Shown here in pieces: positions 35,664 to 46,519 of a stretch of 64,000 bases of DNA. Positions within the stretch are counted from its first letter, which is position 1. Each line of letters starts with the position of its first letter. Source of the DNA: Schizosaccharomyces osmophilus. Lineage: Eukaryota. A model generated the notes under the pieces. The model made no database searches and was not told the origin of the DNA. It worked only from the letters and a program-made list of their open reading frames with translations. Position numbers and translations under genes: made by a program. The stretch spans positions 62,001-126,000 of the forward strand of contig NC_079240.1 in assembly GCF_027921745.1 (NCBI RefSeq), read 5' to 3'.

Positions 35664-36131
35664 TAATAAATTGTAATAAAATGAAATGACGCCGCTTTAC
35701 AGAAGATACGGTTATGCTATTCTTGGTGGCTTCATTATCGGTCAGTATAACGTCTTCAATAAAAAAGGTGATTGCGCTTGCACAGTATTAGGAGATGTAC
35801 TCTTCGTCTATTTCACAGGCAGACCCTATTTTCACGACCTCGACTACTATCAATGCTCACCTAACCAAAATAGTGGTAGCATCGAATGAAGATTGACACT
35901 CCAATCATTCTAGCGACTTGGGATGAGCTAGAACACCAATCTGATAGTAGGACATACTAAAGATCTAGGGTACCTGGTTTCAGCTGACTTAGGGATGATA
36001 AAGTGGCTACTCTGATTATATTGAACACTATGTGTGGATATACAGACATATACGATCAGCTTGGTTTTCAAAACTGGGCGGCTAGATTAGGTACAGATAA
36101 CCTGACCGAAATGATATCCACGGCAAATATC
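35664..36131 (+). other. Non-LTR insert (cargo) between two LTR halves, with decayed ORFs
   Basis: No similarity to the other LTR copies. A 67-aa ORF (35686-35889) overlaps a second reading frame through ATGA. Confidence 0.6.
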
Positions 36132-36304
36132 TCGACGGATCTGGCCTAATAAAATTAGTGTCGTTTATTTAGCTAGTCCGTGGGCTTTGAAAATACTGAA
36201 TTATAAACTAAGTAGAGCCCAATTTATACAAATACAATTTTTTACAACCCTTAAATCATACACTGAGCACTATAATTATATAGCGTAATATTCTAGCTGT
36301 GACA
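36132..36304 (+). mobile_element. LTR 3' part (R-U5)
   Basis: Ungapped 173-nt match to 62486-62658 (about 16 mismatches by eye), ending CTGTGACA. Confidence 0.92.
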
Positions 36305-36502
36305 ATATAATTAAATTTTGTTATAAGATAATATATATAATGTTAACAATCTCACATTATGACAGAGAATGACAAAGCAAAACATCAACACACAACACAT
36401 ACCTTCAGCTTAAGGGTGTCGCCTGGAATTAGCACAGGCTTGAAGAAGTATATGTTACCGATTTAAAAAGTATTTATAGACTAATCAATTGGTTTTCGCA
36501 CA

Positions 36503-37881
36503 ATGGAGGTTCCCGTTGAAGAATTAAAAAAGGAATTCCAAATTGGAATTATCGGATTTGGGGATATGGGTCGCCTATATGCCGAACGATTCAGTCAAGC
36601 TGGGTGGATGTAAGTAAAACAGATCTAAAAGTTTCAAATTGTTTGACCACCGTACTCATAGTTATTAGTGTTAACGTGTGCGACCGGAAGGAAAATTTTG
36701 AAACAGTAAAGGAGAGATGCGAAGGAACCAATATAAATGCCCTGCAAGATGGATTTGAAGTCTCACGGAAAAGTGACTATATTCTATATAGTGTCGAATC
36801 TGAGTATCTCGATCGTATCGTTGGCATGTATGGACCAGCAACGAAAGTGGGTTCCATCGTCGGAGGACAGTCATCTTGCAAATCTCCGGAAATTCGAGCT
36901 TTTGAGAAGTACCTTCCCAAAGACGTGGAGATTATTTCTTGCCATTCAATGCACGGCCCGCGAGTAAATCCCCAATCTCAGCCATTAGTAATAATTCGCC
37001 ATCGTGCAAAGGATAGAAGCTTCGAAATTGTGAAAGAAATCCTTTCTTGTCTCCAATCTTCAGTTGTTTTTCTAACAGCCGAAGAACATGATCGGATCAC
37101 TGCAGACACTCAGGCTGTAACTCACGCTGCATTCCTCGCTATGGGTATGGCATGGCGCGCGAACAATCAATATCCTTGGGATATAAATCGCTGGTGTGGA
37201 GGGATTGAAAATATTAAAATGAACCTATCTATGCGAATATATTCTAGTAAATGGCACGTTTATGCTGGTCTTGCTATCCTTAATCCTGATGCTAGAAAAC
37301 AAATTAAGCAGTACGCGACTTCTGTCACTGAACTTTTTAAGCTCGCCATAAGTGGGAAGGCACAAGAATTTGAAAATAGAGTTCGTAATGCTGGAAAATT
37401 TGTGTTTGGGGAAGAAAATAATGGCGCCTCCAGTGGATTATTGTTGAGTGACGAACTTTTGGATCAATATAGTATATCGAACGTACCTAATGACAAGTCT
37501 GTCGGTAATAGCCACTTGAGCATTCTAGCGATTGTTGACTCTTGGTGGAAATTAGGCATTCATCCTCAAAAACACATGATTTGCTCAACTCCATTGTTTC
37601 GACTTTGGGTTGGTGTATCAGAATATGTATTCTGTAATCCCGACCTTTTAACCAGCTGCATTTACACAGCGACTAAGCACAATGAGTTCTGTCCTGATGA
37701 TTTGGAGTTTGTACTCTCAGCAAGATCATGGTCAGAACATGTCGAGCAAGGTGATTTTGAGAATTACAAAAAGCAATTTGTTAAAATCCAGGATTATTTC
37801 CGACCTAGGTTTGAAGAAGCGACAAAGGTGGGCAATGCCATGATTAAAAAGCTTCTTGAAAACCTAAAGAGAACCGCTTGA
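36503..37881 (+). CDS. tyr1: Prephenate dehydrogenase; 2 exons
   Basis: Exon 1 carries IGIIGFGDMGRLYA. Intron 36610..36668 (GTAAGT..TAG). Motifs CHSMHGP and HDRITADTQAVTHAAFL. Confidence 0.95.
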
Positions 37882-38301
37882 GCTGCTTCAAATAACTTCA
37901 AGATATTTTTGTTTTATAATGATTGATTCTTTTATTATTGGTTGTTTTATAGGTAGATAAATTAATAATCGCTCTTTAACATCAACCAGCTTAAACATTT
38001 AAAGTTAGCAAAAACAACAGATTCAATTCGACAGACTTCATTCATCTTGCTATGGGTAATTAAAAATAAAGACATAACCGACTAAATATTAGATATCAAT
38101 AAATATAAATAAAATAAAGGAAAAGCAATAATTAACAATCACTCAACGTTTTCTAAAAGCCAAAAATGGGAAGGGATGTTTTTAACAAAATGAGTAACAC
38201 AGGAACAACAATGGTAATCCAAAAGGAGATATGACGGTGATTTTTTTAAAAACTTAACTTTTAGACAAAAGAGAACACAGCCGATAAAGAGAAATGTGAA
38301 T

Positions 38302-39792
38302 TTACTCGAGCGCTTTACCATCCTTATCCACCAAGACGAGTAAAGCCAGAATATTTTGCTTTAATTCATTAGCAAACTTAGGGTCGTTAGAGTATGACTT
38401 TAAAATCTCATAAGCCGAAGACAAACGGATTGTTTCGGACAAGCCAGCAAATCCGTGCTTGATCATTAAAATTGCAACAAAAACAGCTTCTCCGGTAACA
38501 ATGGGATAATTATTAACCATAGTTATGGTTGCCAGAACGCTGTCATGGAAAATAGCAATGTTCTTTTCCAAAAATTGACGAATGTTTTGGGATAAATTGG
38601 GCATGATTAAAGCATGCTTCATAAAAGCCAAGATAGCTCTGTTACTTTCAAGGGCAAGGTTTGCATCTGGACTTTTGGAGCATTCGCGTAATTTATCAAA
38701 GCGTTCAGGCTCCTTTATTAATTTATAAAGAATGTAAGGCATCGAAAGACGAATCATACTTACAGAAAGGTAATGCAACTGTGAAAAACTGCTACGCAAC
38801 ATCTTATCCTGAAGAAGCAAAGATCTGGCAGCGAAATGGTTCCGAGAGGACAGAGGTATCATAAAATGTCTCAAAGCAGCTGAACAAGCATAGATCTTAC
38901 CAACATTATCATCAATCCTCTTTTCTTTGAGGACGCAAGCAACAAGGATTTCCGGAAAGTTCTCACGGAAAAGAGCCTTTGAGATATGGTCGTTTCTGGT
39001 GAGATTTCCAATGAAAAGCGCTGCCATCGTTGTGCGAGCGGAATCGTCTGAAAGTAAAAACTTTTTGAGATAATCAAGAAACGTGCTATTCTGATGAAGG
39101 CTGGTAGAGAAGACTTCATTGTGTTCAGCGATACGCGGGAAAAGGTTTAAAATGGGAATTCTTTGAGAAAAATCACGTTGCATCAATACCAGTTCAATGG
39201 ATTCGATTAAGAGATCAGGATCGTTTGCAAAGGATATACAGATATTTGGATTGTCAAATGCTTTCGTAAAAATAGAATACGAATCAATTTCTAATCGGGT
39301 CATAGAAGGCAGAACATGCAATCCAGCGAAGACCAAAGTCGCATCTTTAGAAAACGGATACAATAGCTCACAAATGACAGAAAGCATATTAATGAACGGA
39401 GCACGTAACTTGTGCTGCCAATCAATCCAATATGTAATTGCAAGATGCAAGATTTCAGTTTCAGCAACCCTTGCTTGATATTTTTTTGAGTCTAAAATAC
39501 AGTTATGGATTACAGCAAAAGCAAGAGCAGAATTATCATCTGCTTTAGCACAATATATCTTCATCATATCGAGACCTTTATTATCAAAGAAGGTAGCACG
39601 ATTGTCATCTTCTTCGCTACAAGAATTTGCTAAAAATCTCAGACACTGCTTATGAATGCATTCATTTAACGATATTTCCATGAGCTTATCCAGTGCCTTT
39701 GGAATATATTCTCGAAGCAGAAGGCGCTCATCAGCGTTTTTTGAACGATCTGCTAACGTTTGATACAACTGTGCATCATCAGCAATCGTCAT
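38302..39792 (-). CDS. arz1: Armadillo-repeat protein (RAP1GDS1/SmgGDS-like)
   Basis: 496 aa ARM-like protein with QCLRFLANSC..DDNR and ALFIGNLTRND; lies between tyr1 and taf13 as in S. pombe. Confidence 0.8.
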   Translation of the reverse strand: MTIADDAQLYQTLADRSKNADERLLLREYIPKALDKLMEISLNECIHKQCLRFLANSCSEEDDNRATFFDNKGLDMMKIYCAKADDNSALAFAVIHNCILDSKKYQARVAETEILHLAITYWIDWQHKLRAPFINMLSVICELLYPFSKDATLVFAGLHVLPSMTRLEIDSYSIFTKAFDNPNICISFANDPDLLIESIELVLMQRDFSQRIPILNLFPRIAEHNEVFSTSLHQNSTFLDYLKKFLLSDDSARTTMAALFIGNLTRNDHISKALFRENFPEILVACVLKEKRIDDNVGKIYACSAALRHFMIPLSSRNHFAARSLLLQDKMLRSSFSQLHYLSVSMIRLSMPYILYKLIKEPERFDKLRECSKSPDANLALESNRAILAFMKHALIMPNLSQNIRQFLEKNIAIFHDSVLATITMVNNYPIVTGEAVFVAILMIKHGFAGLSETIRLSSAYEILKSYSNDPKFANELKQNILALLVLVDKDGKALE

Positions 39793-40149
39793 TCTTCTTA
39801 AAATACTTTCTCAATCTCCGCTTTGAGAATGTTAATTCGACTTTCTTGTTAACTGTATTCTTTCTTTTTCTTGAATTCAATACACGCAAACCCCTTTAAA
39901 AAATATTCCAAATCCTCAAATGTACACCCTCTGTGTTGGTGGATGATGGAAACAAACTAAGAACAATGAGGACATAAGTTCGCATCCTCATGGCGCACTA
40001 TCGTGTTTTCCGTTTTCCAACGTAAATTATAAAATATTGTTGTCGTTGTTATATATATTACTAAAGGGGTGGCTGTAATGAGATGTTAAGCATACAATAC
40101 AAGGACGAAACATAAGACTTGGTATAGCTTTTCAAACTTGTACTTTACA

Positions 40150-40691
40150 ATGAGTATGGAATCTCGTCGTGGACGTCCTCCTACCCGGAGACAGCACCTA
40201 TTTACAAAAGACTGTAAGTAAAATTGGTCTTATATCTGTCTATAGACACTATAATATATTCTGAAAGCTACAATCGGATATTTCAAGAATTTGGATGCTT
40301 CTATTGCTTTGGGTGCAGACTTATGCACTTTTATAGAAATTTCTCTAACTCATGGATAGTGAAGTCTCTTATGTACGCTTTTGGAGACGATCTAAATCCT
40401 GCTCCCGACAGTGTAAATGTCTTGGAAGAAATTGTCGTTGACTATATTAATGAAATGGTAAGTTACAAAGCAATTGTATCTATTTTTAACCTGTTCTAAG
40501 GGCTAACATTTATTTAGTGCCTAGAGGCGGCTCGAATTGCTGGCAATCGCAACAAAGTAAAGGTGGACGATTTCAAATTTGCACTCCGAAACGACCCTAA
40601 GAAGCTTGGCCGTGTTGAAGAACTACTGGTTCTTCAAAAGATGATTGCAGATACGAGAAATGTTATGAAGTACAACAAAGACCATTTTTAA
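40150..40691 (+). CDS. taf13: TFIID subunit Taf13; 3 exons
   Basis: Introns 40214..40359 and 40458..40517 (GTAAGT..CTAAC..TAG). Spliced protein reads LFTKDLKSLMYAFGDD...EEIVVDYINEMCLEA...KVDDFKFALRNDPKKLGRVEELL. Confidence 0.93.
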
Positions 40692-41389
40692 TCTCATTTG
40701 TTGATGTTCTTTATTCTATATGAGACGGCATGCCATGTTATTATTCCTAGTTGATTCCTTGTTTGATTTTTGGTCTTGTAACTTTTCCTCACGGATCTTT
40801 TCCATTCAGTACCGTGCTCTAAACATTTTTCTCCTTTTGTATTTTTAGTTCAAGTTAGTATTTATGGGCTTAATGAAATCTCAAAAAATATATATAAAGA
40901 GAAGAAATAAAAAATGTCCAAAGAATTGGTAAAACCTTACGAATCGGATCAAGTCAAACTGACCTTCGTAAAGAGGTAATTAATATCATTTCAGAATCCA
41001 GTAATCATAAAAACAGTATCATCTAAACTATGATTTATAGTTAAAAGAAGTTATCGCCAGACTTCTTCTCAATTCAAGGAAGGAACCAAACCAAATGGTG
41101 ATAGCTCAATTCCGATTTAGGTTTCATAAAACAAGAATACTAACAACTTGTCTTTTTTTTTTTGTTATTAAAAGATTGATTAAAGGTTACTTATAGGATA
41201 GGAAACAACGCATTCCTGTTGTAAAATAAAAGTGACTTTAAACTATTAAAAAACGAATATCTGTTTAAAAAAAATTTGTGTTTTATTTAGCAAGAAGGGC
41301 TTTCCTCTTAATTTTATTAAATAAAAAAGACAAAAAGAAACAAGGAAAACTCCAATATTTACATTTTCATGTACAACGGTCTCTAGTCT

Positions 41390-43678
41390 TTAGCCATGAT
41401 AATGATGGTTGGAGGTTTCACACATTGGAGGATCGTTCCATTTCAAGCATGGTTCAGGCTCATGCGTGGTCACCTCATGCTCGTCACAACAACAGCATTC
41501 AATGTTTTGTACATAGTCCATACTCAACGCCTCCAAAGCCAACATTCTTTCTTCCGATACAGGATTAGCTAAACAAAAGAAGAGACGCTGCATAGGCTCA
41601 GGCAAATCGCAAACGGGTTTCAAATATGGTAGAGTCTTGGAAACCCTGATATTTTGAACATCGCACATAAGATTATACTCACGCCAAGCCTTTAAATACT
41701 TATTATAAAGCTGATCAGTCGTTACGGCTTTTCGAAATGGATATGTGCGGAAGTAGATAGTATGGATAACAATCGCGCACGACCACATATCCGCATAAAA
41801 GGCGTTATAAGATCCAGGAGTTAAAATTTCAGGTGCCATAAATGGATCGCTTCCAAATACACCATTACTTTGAGACAAAGCTGATGGAAGCTTTTCTGTA
41901 TTGCCAGGATCACATAGAACATCACAAGCTCCAAAATCTGTAATACGTAGAGCTCCGTTGCTAGTAATTAAGATATTTTCAGGCTTTAAATCTCGATGCG
42001 CTATACCCTGAGAATGAATGTAAGCAACTCCTCGTAAAATCTGCTTAACCATGCACTCAAAATCCCTTCGAGTGAGCCGGTCATGACGGTTACTAATTAA
42101 ACTAAGCAAATCACCCTTAGGACAAAAGTCCATTATTATGCACCAAGTGTCACTATAGAGAGGGAATATATGAGAATCTAAACATAGATCGTAAGCTTTC
42201 ACAACGTTCGGATGCTCCATTCTACATTGCACAAGCCACTCAGATGTTAATTTTGAGATGTAGAAGCTTTCTGATTCATCATCAGCCTTTCGACGGTAAG
42301 CTTTAATTGCAAACCTCAATTTCTTTTCATTCTCTTTCGGATTTTTCAAGCTGACGCAGCGGATAACCGCAGTAGCACCACTTCCGAGATCTTTAGTTTC
42401 TTCAAGTAAAACGTATTTCGAGCTCAACCGAGGAACGACACGCTTGGCGTAAGGCGGGACATAGGTAGGTCTTAACTTTCTAGGTACTTGTTCAATGTTT
42501 TTTGGTTTCACAAGTTGATAATCTGATCCCTGATTTGTGCCAGCACCTTCTGAAGAAGGTTGGTTTCCAGAAGCCCCATTTGCATTGGTTTGGGAAGAAG
42601 TATCTTGTTTCTTGTATCCAGGGCTAAAAGGATTGGCGGGATTGATACATTCGAAACCTGTTCCTTGTGGGGTCATGTTTAGGCTGCCACTAACAGCATA
42701 AGTATAGCAGTCATACTCGGGAGAATGAGGCCAAGATTCGTAAGAAGTATTGAGGTAAGGGTTCCTTTGTCGGGGGACTAGCGGTTTTCCAGGACCCGGG
42801 CGAAAACCGTTGGAAGTAACGGAGGATTGAGAGGGGCTTTTTGAAGAATGAGGAGTGCTGGCAGGTGAGCCAGAGGTAGGGGAAGCATGGAGGGGAGTGT
42901 CAAAGAATCCACCAGCACGCGGTTTATTTTTACCATTCGAACGAATGTCCATGGGTTTAGAAGAAGTGGGAAACTCGGAAGAGCGCGAGACCCTATTCGC
43001 ATCATTATCAGCAATTCCAGGTGGTGATCGAGACGCTTTGGGATGGATGGCAGAACTGGCGCGTTTGGGGACGTCATGAGGTTTCGAGACAGCGCTGGGT
43101 TTGGTTTTGTCGGATTGCAAATAATGGTGAGAATTACTTTTTTGAATACCTTGGGAAGGTTTCTGATCGGGAGGAGAAGCATCGGAGGAAGGGTGCTTAT
43201 GTAAAATATGCTGATTAATGAATGAGCCAATACCTTTTGAGGGGCTTTGCGAAGACTTTCCACGAGAAGGATGTATAGCCTTTTCAAACAAAGACTTCAC
43301 TCCAGAATGGTGTTGAGGGCCTCCAGAAGAGTTCGGATGGATAGGGACCGGTCGGGCGGGAGTCTCGGTTCGTTGATGAGCGTCTGATTCTCGAAGAGGA
43401 GGAGACTCACGGGGAGTATCAGGAACATGAGCCATAGAATCGTTCGTGGGGCCATAGCGAGTTTCTTGTGGAGTTTGTCTATCAACCGAGCCGGGTCTCA
43501 ATTGACCAGAGTTTTTTCGGCTCAAAATATTATGTTTAATTTTTGAAAATCCTTTTCGCAACGGGGAAGGTACGGGAGTGGTAGATTGATTTCGACTTCT
43601 TAATATCGTTTCAGCATCCGTACCTTCGGGAACGCTTCCCTGATTCCCCAAGCCAGACAAAGGTTTGTCTCCCGACAT
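41390..43678 (-). CDS. nnk1: HAL/NPR-family Ser/Thr protein kinase
   Basis: LGSGATAVI, FAIK, HRDLKPEN, DFG and GSDPFMAPE motifs; long Ser/Pro-rich N-terminus; synteny with sac32. Confidence 0.85.
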   Translation of the reverse strand: MSGDKPLSGLGNQGSVPEGTDAETILRSRNQSTTPVPSPLRKGFSKIKHNILSRKNSGQLRPGSVDRQTPQETRYGPTNDSMAHVPDTPRESPPLRESDAHQRTETPARPVPIHPNSSGGPQHHSGVKSLFEKAIHPSRGKSSQSPSKGIGSFINQHILHKHPSSDASPPDQKPSQGIQKSNSHHYLQSDKTKPSAVSKPHDVPKRASSAIHPKASRSPPGIADNDANRVSRSSEFPTSSKPMDIRSNGKNKPRAGGFFDTPLHASPTSGSPASTPHSSKSPSQSSVTSNGFRPGPGKPLVPRQRNPYLNTSYESWPHSPEYDCYTYAVSGSLNMTPQGTGFECINPANPFSPGYKKQDTSSQTNANGASGNQPSSEGAGTNQGSDYQLVKPKNIEQVPRKLRPTYVPPYAKRVVPRLSSKYVLLEETKDLGSGATAVIRCVSLKNPKENEKKLRFAIKAYRRKADDESESFYISKLTSEWLVQCRMEHPNVVKAYDLCLDSHIFPLYSDTWCIIMDFCPKGDLLSLISNRHDRLTRRDFECMVKQILRGVAYIHSQGIAHRDLKPENILITSNGALRITDFGACDVLCDPGNTEKLPSALSQSNGVFGSDPFMAPEILTPGSYNAFYADMWSCAIVIHTIYFRTYPFRKAVTTDQLYNKYLKAWREYNLMCDVQNIRVSKTLPYLKPVCDLPEPMQRLFFCLANPVSEERMLALEALSMDYVQNIECCCCDEHEVTTHEPEPCLKWNDPPMCETSNHHYHG

Positions 43679-46519
43679 TTTGAAATTGAACTAAAGTATA
43701 TATAAAAGGAGAGCAAATTCAGTAGGACAGTTTTATAACGAAACGCACGATTTCGAGTAAGAAGAGCTAGAGAAAACGGTGCAACCTAGAAATGTTAGAG
43801 CCTTTTGAGCGATAAGAAAGGGGGGTGAAAATGATTTTAAGAATAAGACAACAAAAGGACAAACTGGAATTAACAAGGAGTCTGTCACTCAAAAAGATAC
43901 CAGAGATGCTGTGGTCTGGAAGAAGAGGACGAAATGAAATGAACAAGAAATAAGTAAAACAAATAATTGAAATCACAGAACAGACAAGGACAAAAAAGAC
44001 ACGTGCTAAGGATCAAAGAAAAAGCAACGACAACAATTACAAACAAAAATAGAAGGAAAAAGGGAAACCAACGTCTGACTTTGGATTATAAGTAAACTGG
44101 CAGAAGAAAGAAGAGTTAAAGCTGGTGAGAGATTACTCTAATACTGATAGTAACATCCAAAGTAATGAATTCTTAAAGGCTTGAATTGGTTCTAAAAGAA
44201 ATCAACAGATAAGTGCGTTCTCTGCACACGAACGATGGGCCAATTCGATGCACAAAATGCGTACAACTGAGACTTTGGATAAGTGCAAATAAAAGGACTT
44301 TGTCAATTTATGTTTCTATTCGTATGCTTCAATCTTGGAAAAACAAGTGACAGGATAGAAAACAGAAACAGCAACACGAAAAGGCACAGTGAGAGCCTTT
44401 AGCTGTAAAAGAACAAAAGCAACAGAAACAATCGGGGGAAGCAACAAATGGGAAGAAGGAAAAACAAAAAGAAAATTACAAAGCAAGAGCGATTTCAGCA
44501 AATCAATTGCCCAACTCTAGAATATACGGCAAACCCTTAAAATTTTCAGCAAACAATGGTTAAAAATTCAATAATACAAAATATGGAAAGGAAAGGACAG
44601 ACGGCAAGTGTGTTGGTAGACTTAAAGGCACATATTATACCGATACCAAATAATTAGGGTTGACGTCTTCTTGGTGGAAGCAACCAACTAGGAAGAGTAG
44701 CGTTAGCTAAGGTAGTAGGGTAAGGAAAGAGAACTTTGGAGAAGTGCAAGGAAGAGAGAAAGGAAAGAGCATATAGACAGAAAAGAGAGAAGATAAATTA
44801 AAGATGGAAGTGTATGGAGTACAAAAAGCGAAAAATCAATCCGCAAAAAAAAAAGCGACAACGAAGTCACGACGTAATGATGTAAACAAAAGAAAAGTAG
44901 TCATCGTTAGAGGGAATCTCATAAAGTTTGCCAGTTGAACACAGGAAATTAAGCTTTGCAATAGTATTAGAGATGCGTATTGAATAGGACTTTGTAGTAC
45001 GAGGTGTGGCTCAAAGATTGACGTAGAGAGATGAGAGCGAAAAGCTAGTAGAGAGAGCATCTATACGGAGAGAAGAATACAAACAAACAAACAAAAGAGA
45101 AGAGAAGAGAAGAAAAGAAAAAAAAGAAAAAAAAAAAGAAAAAAAAAACATGATTAGTAGCATAGAAAGCGTAGCCAGTTTGCGAGAAATAAAAGGTTAG
45201 ACGCTTCCTCAAAAGTGTTTAAGGAAACATTGCAAAGAACAAAGGGGGAACGACTGGTCAAAGGTAGTAACGAAAGAAAAGAAAAGAAATCTATCTATTT
45301 CAGCTAGCTGTAGGTTTTTGTTTGTTTCGAGAAAGGTTCCAAGAGTGGATCGGTAGATGATCTGATAAATAGGAGCAATGAATGTCCAAAAATAAACAAG
45401 CTTTTCATATAAAAGAACTGGAAAAGAATAAAAAAAGAAGAAGGAAGGAAGAATAGTTAAAAATTCTCTTGCATCGTCTTAATCGTCTCGTGCATGTCTC
45501 TGGAACCGTTGATGAGAATAATCTATTCCTGTTTGGTTCAGCTTTTTGCTTGCTTTGAAAGGTAAATAGTCTTTTTTTTGAGAGATAGCATCATAGTTCT
45601 CCAGTAGAAACTCTATGAAAGGAACCATCGGCTTTTTTGTCAACTAGCTTGAAGCAAATCAGCAAGAGGATGTCGAGCGTTCCATACGCAACACCAAAGC
45701 GAAAAGGAATCTTGAAAAAAATTAATATAAGATGGAGCTCATACCAGTGGTATGCTTGTAATTTGTAACCCGTTCATCCTATCTTGTTTACATTTATAAC
45801 CCAGGTAGATGAAACTGATTCTCTGTACTTGTCATCTTCAGATTCCTAAAACAATAATCAATTCTTTCCTTTCCTAAAAGTCGCTCCACAGCATTCGTGC
45901 CTTTGTTTTTAATCCATTTTCGAAACCCATCAGACAATTCTCCCATTTGTATTTTCCAATCGTAGTCTTGTTCATTTTCATTTGCCCTTCCCTAACTTTA
46001 ACTCTGGAGGAAAAAGAAAAAAAGAAACTATCTACATCAACCCAATCCATACTACCCATTTCCAAGCTCTATTCTCTACATGCCTTGACCACTTCTCAAC
46101 CAATTCACATACATCTTTCTTCCGAGTGTTTTTTCAATCCTATTTTCTTTTTTGGATTAACTCGCTTTATTTGACTTTGACACAATTCATGTTTGGTGGT
46201 CTTTCGACAAGTTGTTGTGTTTCACCCATCATACATTGACTGTTTGTTGGGCATAATTTCAATCCCTTAGTTTTACTCCAATTCGTTATTCCTATTCTGT
46301 TATTTTCTGCAAAGGTAAGTTTTCATTGTTTGTTGTTAGAACATATGTGGTAGGAAGGCAGCATGCATGTTCACGGAATGGTTCTGAATCGCAAACTTGT
46401 ACAATAATTCTTCCCGTGGATGGAACCCTTGATGAATTCTTTTCCAACTCGAACAACCATCCTTTTCGCGATCCCTATCATATTCCTCTGTCTAACAAGA
46501 TTTGCTTTAGGATCGGTAC

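Noticed and set aside
43680..46500. Long ORF-poor region upstream of nnk1 with several 60-90 aa ORFs
   Set aside because: The ORFs are low-complexity products of purine/pyrimidine skew, consistent with a long 5' UTR and promoter. No Ecl1-type CxxC..YCS peptide was found by eye.
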